DNA from: Octopus sinensis
Lineage: Eukaryota
Length of the DNA: 64,000 bases
Assembly (NCBI RefSeq): GCF_006345805.1
Contig: NC_043005.1
Coordinates: forward strand, 21,018,001-21,082,000
Direction of reading: 5' to 3'
Positions within the stretch are counted from its first letter, which is position 1. The number at the start of each line of letters is the position of its first letter. The notes beneath the pieces were generated by a model, which saw only the letters and a program-made list of their open reading frames with translations, did no database searches and was not told the DNA's origin. Position numbers and translations under genes: made by a program. Below, piece after piece: positions 40,701 through 54,500 of the stretch.

Positions 40701-43700
40701 AAGGCTTATGAATGTGAACTTAAAGACGTGTAATGAAGCTTGCTTTCAATATCCGGATTGTAATTCTTATGAGTACAATGAGAAAGATAAATTATGTGAT
40801 CTAAGCAGAGTGACTCGGTTGACTGATCAATTTAAACCCAACTATGGAATTTGGGATTCATACACAATCACCCCAGGTTAGTAGAGCATTTCTGTTTAAT
40901 TTCTTGAGTGTATATATGTCATCCCCCCACACATACATACATATCTGTGTGCCAATATCTTCTGATTGTTTCACTCAGTATCTTTTATTCTAAATCTGTC
41001 ATTATCTCTTCATTCTCACCCTCTTCCTAATATGTACACATCATTGATATCAATTTCTCTTACTCACTTTAGTTTACATGAAAATTGATTGTGGACCACC
41101 GAAAGATATTGCTGACACATCAAAATCTTACAATACCACCACCTATAATTCTGAAGTGACCTATATTTGTCCAGGGGGAGAGAAATTTAAATCGATATGT
41201 AAAGAAGATGATAAATGGACTCCAGTGGTAACTAACTGCAAAGGTAATGTATATAGATTATCTCTTGCTGCCTTTACCTAGGTAATTTTGTTTTATATTT
41301 TTGTTAAAGAATGGCTGACTCTTTGAAAATTTCCTGTGTTTGTGGCTGCCTAAAGAAAGAGCAGAGCCTATTCTCAGTCCAGAGGCATTCTCAAATGCTT
41401 GCAAAAGAGAGTACTTTATTAAAGCTATCCTATGGCCAGGTAGTGTCATTAATCTGTGTGACCAATTAAGTCTGCCTTACAAGAACAAGAAGTGTGGAAG
41501 TACTTTCCCTCCAGCAGGCTTCAACATAGTTTCCACCCATCAAATTTCATGAATAGTGCTTAATCATGAAGCAAATTTTTAACCACATTGCTCAAAATCT
41601 CCCCAATACCAGATCGTTGTTAAGTGGATTTATTACCATCACAGTTATATCTCAGCACCTCTTGATTGTTTTTCTCTTAATTTCTAATTTGACTTTTCAC
41701 ATACATACTTTGTCATCATCCAAAACTCTCAACAGTACAATGCTCTGAGTCTTTTACTAAAACTTAGTAATTTTTTGAAATTTCTGATGTTCTAATGATC
41801 TTCCATTCCACCATCCGAAATTATGATAATACAAATAATAATGATGGTTCCTAATTCAGGCAAAGAAGCCATGAGTTTTTGATAGAAAAGATTAATCATT
41901 ATCATTGACCTCAATACTTGACTGTCGTTTTATGTTACTGCTCTCAACACTGCTAGAATGAAAGGCAAAATTGACATTTGCTGGATTTGAACTGAACACA
42001 CGAAGAGCCTGAACAAATACCATAAAGCATTCCTTCCCATTCTCTAATTAGTAATCATTTCTACATTTAAAATAAAGGTGATAATGACGATGCAGTTCTC
42101 CTGAGTGATGAAGAACCTCTATCTAACTGCAGCTGAACATCATCATAAACTCCAAGAACAAGTGTCCTCTTCAATTATTGTTCTCTGATTTGCAGGTTTA
42201 TGCTCTGTGGTCCCCATCTACCCTCACTATTTTTTGCGACTCTCTCCATCCTCACCTTCTTCACTAGTGAAATTTTAAATGCACAGACGTCCAAACAGAA
42301 ATGTCACCATTGTCAGACCTTTCAACTTCATCCATTGTACAACTTTTTTTGTTTCAACTACAAGAAAGAAGAAAGCTACCGTCTCTGCTAAGTTAAAGGA
42401 GAGTCTGTGACAATCACTATGATGGATTCAGCTGATAGCCAGATCTATCTCCCGCATATCACCTACTGGTTCTGGACAATATTTGGTCAACATTGATATA
42501 TTATTATTATAACAATCACTGAGAGTGACCCACAGCCATTCAAGCTGCATATGGACCACCTGAATCTCACAAGTGTAGGAGGGGTGGGTGGCCTCAGAAT
42601 TTCATGACATTACTATTTCCCATTCTGCCATGAGTAACATAGAACAAAATTAAAGTACCATCTTATTCTAATCAATTATTACATAGACAAACACTATAAA
42701 AGAAAGTAATGGGATTGTGTGATTTATCACAGTCTCATTGTCTTTCACAAGGGCACTAACTATGTGAAGTGAATTGACTTAGACTGAGAATTAAACTCAT
42801 ATCATAGACTTACATCATCATCAGTTTAACATTGACTTTTTCACACCTGCATAGGTTGGATGAAATTTATAGATGCAGATTTTATACAGCCCGATGCCTA
42901 CATATTTCCAAGCAAGGTATTATTTCCCTATGGTCAAACATGTTTTTGCAAAAGATTGGACATGTATGTATAAAGGAGACAATCATTTTACAACCATCAC
43001 ACAATGTCAAGGCAAGATGACACAAAGACATACTCCTCTCTCACTCTCTCTCTCTCTCTCTCTCTCGCTATATATATATATATATACATATGTGTGTGTG
43101 TGTGTGTGTATCTATAGAGAGGGGGAGACAGACAGACAGACAGAGAGCGTGTCAAGCAAGTGAGATCCAGAGATGTTCAATATAGAAAACATGTAGCAGT
43201 GCTCAAATTATTTGAACTTACACACTGAAATCTGTAAGATAAATCCAGGTGAACTGATATGGAGATAATGGAGTAGATAAACAGAGAGAGAGAGAGAGAG
43301 AGAGAGAAGCAAAACCTGAAAGTATTCAGAAGATGGACACTCATGTATATGAATATGGAGATTTATATATTTACAGAACAAATTTACATGGACTACCAAC
43401 AGATACTGAAAGCTAATGGAGGAAGGCATAATATTTCACGTTTAACAGCTTTTTCTGGGATATCAGAATTATGTAATAGTTATAATGTTCATAATGGCAG
43501 ATGATGTGTGCAAAATGTCAAAGATATGCAATCAGAGTGGATGCATATAAACATTACTGTAAAATCAGCTTCCGTTGTCAGGGTGGAAAGATCTTGTGCT
43601 CCATATAAATTTGTTCTGTAAAAATATAAATATCTATATGCATACACATGAGTATTCATCTTGCAATTATTTTCAGCTTATTTTTCTCTCTACTTTTATC

Positions 43701-43769
43701 CCTACACATATTTTTACATGTGTATATGTATGCATATTTTACATATCAAACACAAGCATGTTTATCTAC

Positions 43770-43808
<39 letters not shown>

Positions 43809-44575
43809 TGTATGAAATTGGCTAGAGTGTAACGAAGTAAGTTGTTCTTTTATATGTTGCTATCATTGTGCCTTTTGTGTTGTGAAGCATCCTGATGAGG
43901 GGAGTGTCTGTTTCATTAAAATATGAAATTCATATCATATTATCGGACATATCTCCGAAACAGCCCATCAATGGAACATTATCTTCATGTATTAGTATGT
44001 CCTTTTAATGTTGTATAATTTCAAATTTTCCACTGGACTCCGTGTTGTAACTTGTGAATCTTTATTACCTTGTATCTTATCATGTGAATTAATAATTATC
44101 ATGTGAGTTATTAATTCAATAAGTCTTATATTATGTTGATGTTTTATCTTTTGCCTGCATATTTATATTTGAATATTTTTAAATACCTACGAGTTTTTAT
44201 CTTATTTCATATCGACGTTTTTTTATATATATATATCTATTTTTTATATCTATTTATATATTTATATATTTTTAAAATATCAACGTATTTTTAAATATTT
44301 GCATATTTTTAAATATCAAATATTTATATGTTTATATACTTGTATGTTTTTAATACTGTATTATTTGCAACTTTATACTGATTTATTAATGTCCAATGAA
44401 AGTACACATATATATTGAATTTTCTATTGGATAATAGATCATGTTCCTCTAGTTTTCTGCTGGTATTGCCTCCATTCAAACTATAAATTGGAACTTAGCT
44501 CAATTTGTACACTTTGATTCTAGCTTGTTTCTGAGCATTTTTAAAGTTAACAATATCTACATAAAATTGTATAAT

Positions 44576-44609
<34 letters not shown>

Positions 44610-47600
44610 TATACGATGGGCTTCTTTCAGTTTCCACTTACCAAATCCACTGATAGCATTTGGATGACCAACAGCTATAGTGGAAGACACTTGGCCAAGA
44701 AGCCTTGTAGAGGATTGAACACAGAGCCATGTAGTTAGGAAGTAAATTTCTCAGTACACATCCATGTTTGTTTCACTCAGTCATATTTGTTCTGAAAGAA
44801 CAACTAGGAAAAAATGCACCAAGTTGCATCCAGCATGGAGAACTATTAGTAATGTAGCTAATTATTGAACAGAGAACTGATTGATTAAAAGTTATTAACA
44901 TAATAATTTCACCCTCAGAATGTGGTAGAATTGTTTTGTGAATGACTTTTTTCTAGATTGGAAATTCAGAAGAGACAATCTTATAAACATAATCACTATT
45001 CTTTTGCATCTCACTTAAAGCGTACTTTGAAGAATAATAATTTTTTTGCTTGTTACATAAAGTTGCGAGTGTCTACATTTATTAACTATTTACTCAGTAG
45101 ATGATGATGGTGAAAGTAAATTTATTTTAGTTTTCCAAGGTAAACATTACTAAATCTATAAAGTGATGTGTCTTCTCATGAATAGACATATTTAGTTACT
45201 TCCTTTTATGTTCTGAGTTCAAATCCAATCTGGATGTACTTCATTGTTTCATATTTCTGAGGTTGATAAAACAAGCACTAGTCAAATACTGAAGTCATTT
45301 TATTTTCATGTGTCCTCATAGTAGCATGTATAGCATTGTTTTTGGAATTAGGAAATATCATTAATATTGTTTCCATCAATAATAATTATAAGTATTCTTA
45401 TTGTGATGGGCTATGGCTTGACAGAATCACTCAAGTACCAGACAAAATGTGCTATGGTATTTATGTATTCAACTTTTGTGTTTAAGTTTAGCTGTGGTTA
45501 ACTTTACCTTTCCAGGGCCAGTAAATAAAACTGCCAGTCAAATGTATAGACCAATTTTAATCAGTCAATTCTTTATTTAAAGTTTTAACTTTCATTCTAT
45601 ATTAGAAATTACTATTATTGTTATTGTGGTTGTTTTTCATTGGTCTAAATTTTACTTTGACTCTAGATACTCATATCACATTTATGAAAATAAAAGATGC
45701 AATTCTGGATGTATCTGGGAAAACATTGTGGAATAAGAAAAATGTGACAGCAAAAGCCTGTGAAAAAAAATGTTTGTCTGATGAAAATTGTTTATCATTT
45801 GAAATAAATGTAAAAAGTAGACAATGTTACTTATCAAAGGAAAGTGCAGCTTCTTCTGAGAAATTAAAGCCAATCAAAGGCAGAATTTACTACCAACGAT
45901 TAAAATGTAATTATACTTTGTATTTTATTATTGGGATATGCTTTTCCTCTTTGTTTAAAGCTTGTGATTACATTTGTATTTCATAATATGAGGGTGAGTT
46001 GAAAAGTTCATAGGTTCACTATGAAGGAATTTTACTAGAGCTGTGAAATCTTGCATGCATTAATTTCAGCTCTTCTTATTAATAATTGCACAGTTTCTTT
46101 CCGGGTAAACTGACATCTGACTGTTCAAAAAAGACTTCAGAAGTAACAAGTAGTGATGTCTCTTGAAAGTGGACAAAATTTAGCACCATGGTGTTATCAA
46201 GTGCCTGCAGAAAACATGTTTAGCCACCCCCTAGGACATTTATGCTCACACAGTTGCTACATAAGGGATAATGCTCCAGCTTTATCAACAGTACAAAAGT
46301 GGGTGGCTGATTTTGGAGGGGAAGGGAGAGTCTTGAAGATGACTCAAGGTCTGGATGTCCTGCATCTGTCACCAGTGAGGAAAACTGTTATAATGTGGAT
46401 TCTTGTTCCCTTGCATATTATTGTCAGCACTGTAATATTCTTGTTGCCACTAATATGTTGTGGCTGTATTCCATGTCTTGCTTTCTGTGACTTGTCTATC
46501 ATGCTATTACTGATAACTCCACAAGACAGTGACTTTGAAACATCTACCTTGACGGTAACTCGAACTTGTATATATCGCGTAACTGACACTGACTCCAACT
46601 GAAAACTCGTAGAATGAGTGTACTACTACTGACTTCCTACAACAGCTGATGCCTGATTTTACAGTGGCCAACTCATACCACTTGTCACTTGGGCAAGGGT
46701 GTACCATTTCACTATATCCCCACTTTTCATTTTGTTTTCTTTGGGAAGCAAGTAATCTTTTACCTTATTCATTCCACCTCCCTTTTTAGCATTTTTTTTC
46801 TATAAGTTTGTCCTCTTATTAGGGAGTGCACTTGGTGAGTAAGCTTCAGGTTATACTGGGCAGATCATTTTCCAACTGACTCTTCACTGTCTCTTTAAGC
46901 TTCCTTAACTTCAGACTGGTATGCATCACTGAATTGTTTTAGGTCAAAGTTGAATGTAACTAGCTACTTACATATGTTGGTTTACACACTCATAACCCAG
47001 GAAGACTTTGTATTCACCAGCATCTGTCTATCCTATTTCTGATAAGAATATAGTTAATCTGGCTTCTGTGCCCACCACATTGATAGATGATCAGGTAACT
47101 GGCTGGTTTCTTGAAATTTGAGGCGCAAACAACCAGAACATTTGCATCGCAGAACTCCAAGAGACTTCTTCCCACTTCATTTCTAAGACCAAAACCACAG
47201 ACTCCATATATTACATGTAATTCATTGGATTGCTGTCCAACATGTCTCTGAAAGTCACCAGCAAGAAATATAAGGTCACTGTTATTTGTCATGAAGATAA
47301 TCTACAAAATAGCCTTGCAAAATCAGTCTGTTTTCATGTATTACTCCCAACTGAGGTGCATATGCAGGGATAAATGTATTTTTTACTGGAGAATTTTAAA
47401 TTTATTTACTCTACCACGATGTTTGTGTGCCACAATTACCTTATCTACCCATTTCTCTGCCCAAAAAGTTCCTACACCTCACACACCATCACTATTGTCC
47501 ACCCTAAATAATTTATGTCTTTATTCTTTTCGATGAGAATTCTGGCTGAGGCTCCTCTCCATCTTGCTTCTTGTACACAACACACATCTATGTACCTCCA

Positions 47601-48473
47601 CTCTGTCATTTCAACAACTTCATCAATCCGACCTTTCATTGTCCTTGCATTGACTGTGACTGTCTGCAGGTCATGGAGTAGACTCTGAAAATAAGAAGGC
47701 TTTTCGAAGCTTTGCCTCAGGGCAGAGGGCTCTTACATATGTCCAAATAATGATTATGTTGTGGCGGGTGTCCCCAGGTGAGAAGTGGGCTGGTCCACTT
47801 CTAATAAAAAGTGGACAGACTCAGTAAGTAGTGTCACTCGGTGAGGTACGCTGTTTGGGCCAGTCACACAGACGACGAAATGTGTCGTCATAATGTGGGA
47901 CATATCAGTGGGGATGAGGATTCAGAACTCATGCAGTGGTAAAATGTTAAAAATTCCAAGATGTGATTTGAACTTCACACGGTGAAAAATATATAAAGAA
48001 AGATTTCTGAAGAAAAAAATGTCTGATGAAATTGGAACTCTAACACAGAATTGAACTACATACAGTGAAAAATATATATAAAAAGGATTTTGGGGATAAA
48101 AATGTCTGATAAAACTGGAACTCTAACACAGAACTGAACAGTGAAAAATAAAAATAAGTCCATGCGAAGGATTTAAGTCAGGTCGTTATATGTAGTAGCG
48201 CTACCAATAAAAAATGTAGCCTGGTACTACCTGCAGCATTTGGGAAAAAATATGGTTCTGTGTGGAACAAAGAAGAAGAAGAAGAAGTTGTCGTCGTCGT
48301 CCGTGCGAAGGATTTAAGTCAGATTGCTATATGTTAATAGCACTACTGGTGAACAGTGTAAACTGGTACTATCTGTGGCATTTTGAAAAAAATAATAATA
48401 ATCTTGTGTGGAACAAGAAAAATCTAAATCAGAAGAAAAAATAATTCTGGTAAGAAGAAAAAGAAATGAAATA

Positions 48474-48513
<40 letters not shown>

Positions 48514-51500
48514 AAATAAGCAACAAGGATATCCAGAGGTAATGCTGTATGATCGTTTCATGCGACTCCATTTAATTGAACAATGCAAATATTACATCAA
48601 TTTAAAATGTAGAGCAATCTTCAGCTGCATAAAAATATAGAATTTAGTTAAATTTGAAGGATTCATTTGTATAGTTTTCTTATTATCCAAAAGCATAAAG
48701 AGGAAAAGTAGATAGACAAAGAACATGTTTTATCAACAACATCACAGTTGTTACATCAACAGTTATAAATAATTTTGTGTTCTTTTAACTGCTATCAAAA
48801 TACACAGTTTCATAATTGCAGAAATAAATTTCATTAACAAGTTGAAGAACGAGAAAATAATTACTACATTATTTTATTTATGTATATTTAACATCTATGG
48901 TACAATTGGAAAGTAAAGTCATTTTGTCATAGAGAATTATGACTTAAAATTCACACTATTTAATCCTTCATTCTAACTACTAGAGTTCACAACAATTCAA
49001 ATAAGTCTTGTTGGATTTTTATCATGGACATGGCATAAAAAAATAGCCAATATCTCAATGAGTGAGTGTCGTAGAGTTTAGTAACATCCAATGAACACTG
49101 ATTAATTTCCCCAAAATCAGGGTTTTTATAACTGCCCATACCTGAATTCTAAGAACCGTATTTCATGAAAGAATTCTCTTTGACTAAAGTTTAGAATTCA
49201 AATATGGGCAGTAATTTTAACCAATTGGATACCAACAATTATGTTTGTTCGGGCAAACAGCCATTATGTCATATTGCTGCCTTTTATGACTTGCTACATC
49301 ATAAGACATACTCAAAACTTTGTGTGAATGTTTCCATTTTAGATCTTTTCATATATCCCTCTTTTGATGTGTGTTTTTGATTATGATTGAATAGCCATAG
49401 CAACAGACATGTTGATTGATCTGTTGAAGAGAATTTTCACCCTACATAAGCATATTTCAAGGAAGGGATGTACAAATGAGTTATTTGCAGCCTCAGTATT
49501 GAGAAAAGGTTCCAATAAGTCTGAAGTTCTTCAACAACTCACATGAATTCTTGCTAGAGCTTCAATTTGTAAATGAATTATTTCTATAAAATATATTTTC
49601 CGTTTACAGACTCATGCACCATATGCTTTATAATATTAAATATATGTGTGTCTGAATATAAAATGTATTTCTTGCTTTCTTTTCCTTCCAGTCGATGATG
49701 AGCATATAATATTTAAAAATGTTAGCTTACCAATGAAGGCTACTTTTGAACAGCTTACGAATGTGAACTTAAAGAAATGTAATGAAAGTTGCCATCAACG
49801 GGAAAGATGTACTTCCTATGCATATAATGTTAACAATAAGGTCTGTAATTTGAGTCATGTGACTTCATTCACTACTGATCTTAAACCCAACGATGGAGGC
49901 TGGGATGTATACATAATTAATCCAGGTAAGTAGAGTATTTTATCTGAGTCATTGTGTGCATGTTTTTGTGTATAAATATGTGTGTGTTTGTGTAAGAACT
50001 GCTATGATATGTGATAAGGAGACATGGGCATTGAACACAGAGGACATGAGAAGATTGGAAAGAAATGAAGTTAACAATCTACATTGGATGTTCAATATAA
50101 GTGTGTATGAATGATATAGTATAAATATGCCAAGTGAAAAACTGGGCAAAAGAGAAATCAGTTGAAGTATGCAAGCGAGAAGGCTACATTACTGTGGACA
50201 AGCAGTGTGTATAGTTCAGAACAGCTGTACAGAGAAGTGCTAATCCCTAAATATGGCAGGGCTGGTGGATGAAAGACACATTGGACAAATTGGTGAAGGT
50301 TGATTTCAGGGTGTTGAGCATTGCAGAAGAGATGTCTGGCAATACATGACTCTCAAGAAGAACCACATATTGCATGACAAAACTAACTTCTGGAAGCACT
50401 GTTCATCATTGTCATCATCATTTAATGATTGTTGCCCATGCTAGCATGGGTTGGATAGCGTAACCAGAGCTGGCAAGCTGGGGGAAGCACAAGACTCCAC
50501 TCTGATTTCGTATGGTTTCTACAGCTGGATACCCTTCCTAATGCCGACCACTTTACAGAGTATGCAGAATGATTTTACATGGTACTGCATAGATTCTTTT
50601 TGGTACTGGATGGGTGTTTTTACATGGTATCACATAGGTGTTTTTACGTGATGCTGCATGATCGATTTTACAATTCACAACAGGAATGCCTTTATGTGCC
50701 ACTGCACAGGTGCTTTTATGTGTCGCCACACAAGAGCTTTTATGTGTCATTGCACAGGTGCTTTTACATGGCATCACATAAAAGCTTTTACATGGCACCA
50801 CTACAAGTGCTTTACGCAACCAGAAGGATTGGTCTTAACATTTCTGCTGTGTTGTATGAGTCATCTTGAGTACAGCCATGTGCCAGGCATCCCAGCCCTT
50901 TGTCATCTCACCTGAAAGGTTCAGCTTCCTGGGGTTGTTCTTCAGTATTTCATTCCATGTCTTCTTGCATCTCCCACTTCCACATGTTCCATCCACTTTG
51001 AGAGATTGGCACTTCTTTATGGAGCTCTTGGCATCCATTCACATCACATGACCAAACCAGTACAGCCTCCTCTCTTGCACACAACAACAAATTCCTCTTA
51101 TGCCTAATTTCTCTCAAAGAACTCTAGTGCTTTGTTGAACATGTACACTTACATTACACATCCAGTGGAGCATGTTAGCCTCATTCTTTTCTAATCTTTG
51201 CATTTCCTCTGCATTCAAAGCCCACATCTCACTACCATGTAGAATTGTTGTGTGTATACATGCATCATACAGTCTTCCTTTCACTTGGAGAGAGAAACCT
51301 TTCATGGCCACAACATAGTAACACCTCTCTGAATTTCCTCCACCCTATTCTTATTCTAGCTAGCATACTCTCTCTGTATCTTCCCCTCACTTGATGAGCA
51401 GGGATGTGGAAAGAAATTACTGTGGAGATGTGCTGAAGAACTTATGATAAATAGGACTGTACCATGAGGCAAGGAAACATTGTAGAAACCTTGTGACATT

Positions 51501-54500
51501 ATGGCTTGATTATTGGAAAGCATTCCACCCTATTTCCCACTTATGACTGATGAAGTCTCTACACTTAATAAAAGTGTCTCTTACCTTAGCTGCTGCCATT
51601 GAGATGCTCACAAAGACCAAGACAACAATACTGACACTTATAAACATTTTTACAGGGTATATTCCAAAGAGATAATCTCTTTGTAGTTCTGTTTATTTTG
51701 GTATCTTTCCTGCTACAAAAATCCAATGCATACACGCTAAAGTCTGCAACTGCTTGAGACAACAATGTAACCCATAACTTCTTTGTAGATGACATGAAGA
51801 TTTATGCTAAAAGTGTTTACAATACCAAAAGCAGCTGGAAGTAATTACAGTATTTTCAGTTGACAGAGGAATGGAATTTGGCCAAAAGAAATTTCATATT
51901 TGATTGTTGAATATAGAAAATTAGTCCCACAAACTCAAAAGCTGAGCATAAATGGTCTCTCTATCTCTCCTGTTTCAGAAAAAGAATGCTACAAATATTT
52001 AGCCATTAATAAAAACATCATATGCATGGGTTGGGATTAAAGTTTGCATAACCTGAAAATATTACACCAGACTTAGAAAAGTATGGCAGTCAGAACTCTC
52101 TCCTTACAAATCATTCCACAACGCATTGGTATTACAAGTGCTGATACCAATGTTTGGGATACTTAGCTTATCTTTAGAGGAATTCCACTTCATAGACATT
52201 AAAACCTTCATGATGTTGACATAACTAGAAATCTTCACAGAAACAATATTGACACAATCTAAGGAGAGACGAAGGAGGCAGAGGCATGAGATCAGTATAA
52301 ACAGCCTTTGAATGTCATATAGTCTCTTTGTAACAACCTCTGCTAAATAACAGCAGCAAAAGTAAATATATAAAACTAGTGCTGAAGAGCAAAGTAGACA
52401 ACATGTCACCTACTGACATTGATCTGAGGAAGCGCTCTAACCCAGAACAGCTAGACTAAAATATATCAAAGAAGACCTGGATGTGAAACACTCAGCTTTG
52501 AATATGTTTTCTGAACACTTGAAAATGACAGTAGTATCCCACATAAAGTGCAGCCTTTCTGAGGCTCATGACAACTACATAACATTACACTTTGAAGCCT
52601 ATGCATTTGCAGTCTGAGGGTGGGAGATTGCTACAAAATTCCTAATAAAAGGATGCAACCAAAAATATTAATTACATCACATTTCTATAGTGTACATCAC
52701 AAATGATCAGCAGCTGTCCAAAAATGACAAAAAGGTACCATCTCCCAATGCAACTTGACACTGTTGCTAAAACAATATATAATGCTAATCAAAAACAAAA
52801 CTATCCTGTGATAACTATAGAACTCCACCTCTTACTATTGAAAAGATACGAAAGCATTAACACATATAATATCAGTAAAACATTCCCATCAAATCTTCCA
52901 ATGAATGCAAACATAACAGGCTGTACATCATTTTTTGGAACAGACAAGAAATTGTGCGAACTGTTAAAGAAATCAGTTAGATTATTGATGTGAATATATC
53001 TTTGACAATCAAAGAAAAAGAAGATAACTCTGAACAATTGCTTTGAAACTTCCATCTTCTTTACCATATAATAAATTCACATTTCTACCAACAATAACTA
53101 GTGTACTTAATTTTATGAGTAACTGACTATATGACTATTTGGATAAGTTGGGGTTTTCAGAAAACTAAATCAACCAGCTAACACACACATTATAAATGCA
53201 AGGGGGTACCCAAAAGAAACCAAAATTTTGCAATATTATTTTATTCACCTAGTTTTTCATGTTTACACTCTTATCAAATTCAAAGCATTCTCCATTTGTA
53301 GCAATGCATTGTTCCAGATGTGTTTTCCACTATTGGAAGCAGTCTGGAACTCTTGCGAAGTGAAGCCTTTTAATGCCTCCATCATTTTTTTCTTCACCTC
53401 TTCCACATCTGCAAATTCCGTAGTACCAGCTTTTGTCACCAGTGATAACCTTCGAAAAATGGTCTACATCAATTTCCAACTGTTCTTTAAGTTTATGACA
53501 TGCATTCAGTTGTCACTGCTTTTGATCTTCTGTGAGTAAGTAAGGTACAAATTTTTCTGCAACTCTTTTCATTTGTAATTCCTTGCTCAAAATTCATTGA
53601 AAAGAGCTTCAGGACACACACCAGCCATATCAACAACTACATCAGTTGTTTGTTGATGGTCCTCTAAGATCAGTTCATGAATTTTCATGATGATTTCATA
53701 TTATTCCTAAAGTGTGAAAATCACTTGTAAACTTGTGTTTTGCTCATGACAGTGACCTTGTAAGCTGTTTGAAACATGACAACTGTTTTGGTTGCTGTTT
53801 TTCCCAGCAGAAAACAGAATTTCACAGAAGCATGCTGTTCTCTCTTATCAGCCATTGCAAAAATCAACAAACAGGGGAGAAGCACTACAAAACAAAAATA
53901 CCCCACATGGCAGTATGACCCTGCTGGACAACAGTTGGCAGACTGATACCTGAGGGGCACATCAAGTGGCTTCCAGAAGCAGAAGCCTGAACTACAACTG
54001 GCTTGTCTTATAGAGAATGCTTCCAGTTACTTTTGGGTACCCCCTCGTACAGTATATCAGCAGAACTGTAAAAATATGCAAGTCATTTTTCAAGTTCAAA
54101 ATTTGAATTTCTTTTTGTTATTTCCATTCCTACAATTTTCTTTTGTATCATTGTGAGAAACCAGCTCCTTCCTCAAAGAAAGACTTTAAATAGTTAAAAA
54201 TAGACGAGTACACACACATGCATACTAGCTTACATGCATGCATCATGCAGGTATATATATATTTTTACCAGTGTACAAATTTCTTCAAAATGTTTCACTC
54301 AGCATTTTTATTGTAACATTGTCATTATCTCTTCCTTCTCAATCTTCTACTAACATAAAAACACCAATGATATCAGTTACTGTTTCCATTTCCAGTTTAC
54401 ATACAGATTGACTGTGAAACTCCAAAAGATATTGTTGGTACATCAAAGTCTTACAAAAATACCACCTATAAATCTGAAGTAACCTACATTTGTCAAGGAG

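Noticed and set aside
50568-50815. 24-bp periodic array and the overlapping His/Cys-rich ORFs
   Set aside because: This is a minisatellite expanded from the gtgcttttacgtggcacc motif of a common dispersed repeat; the ORFs are by-products.
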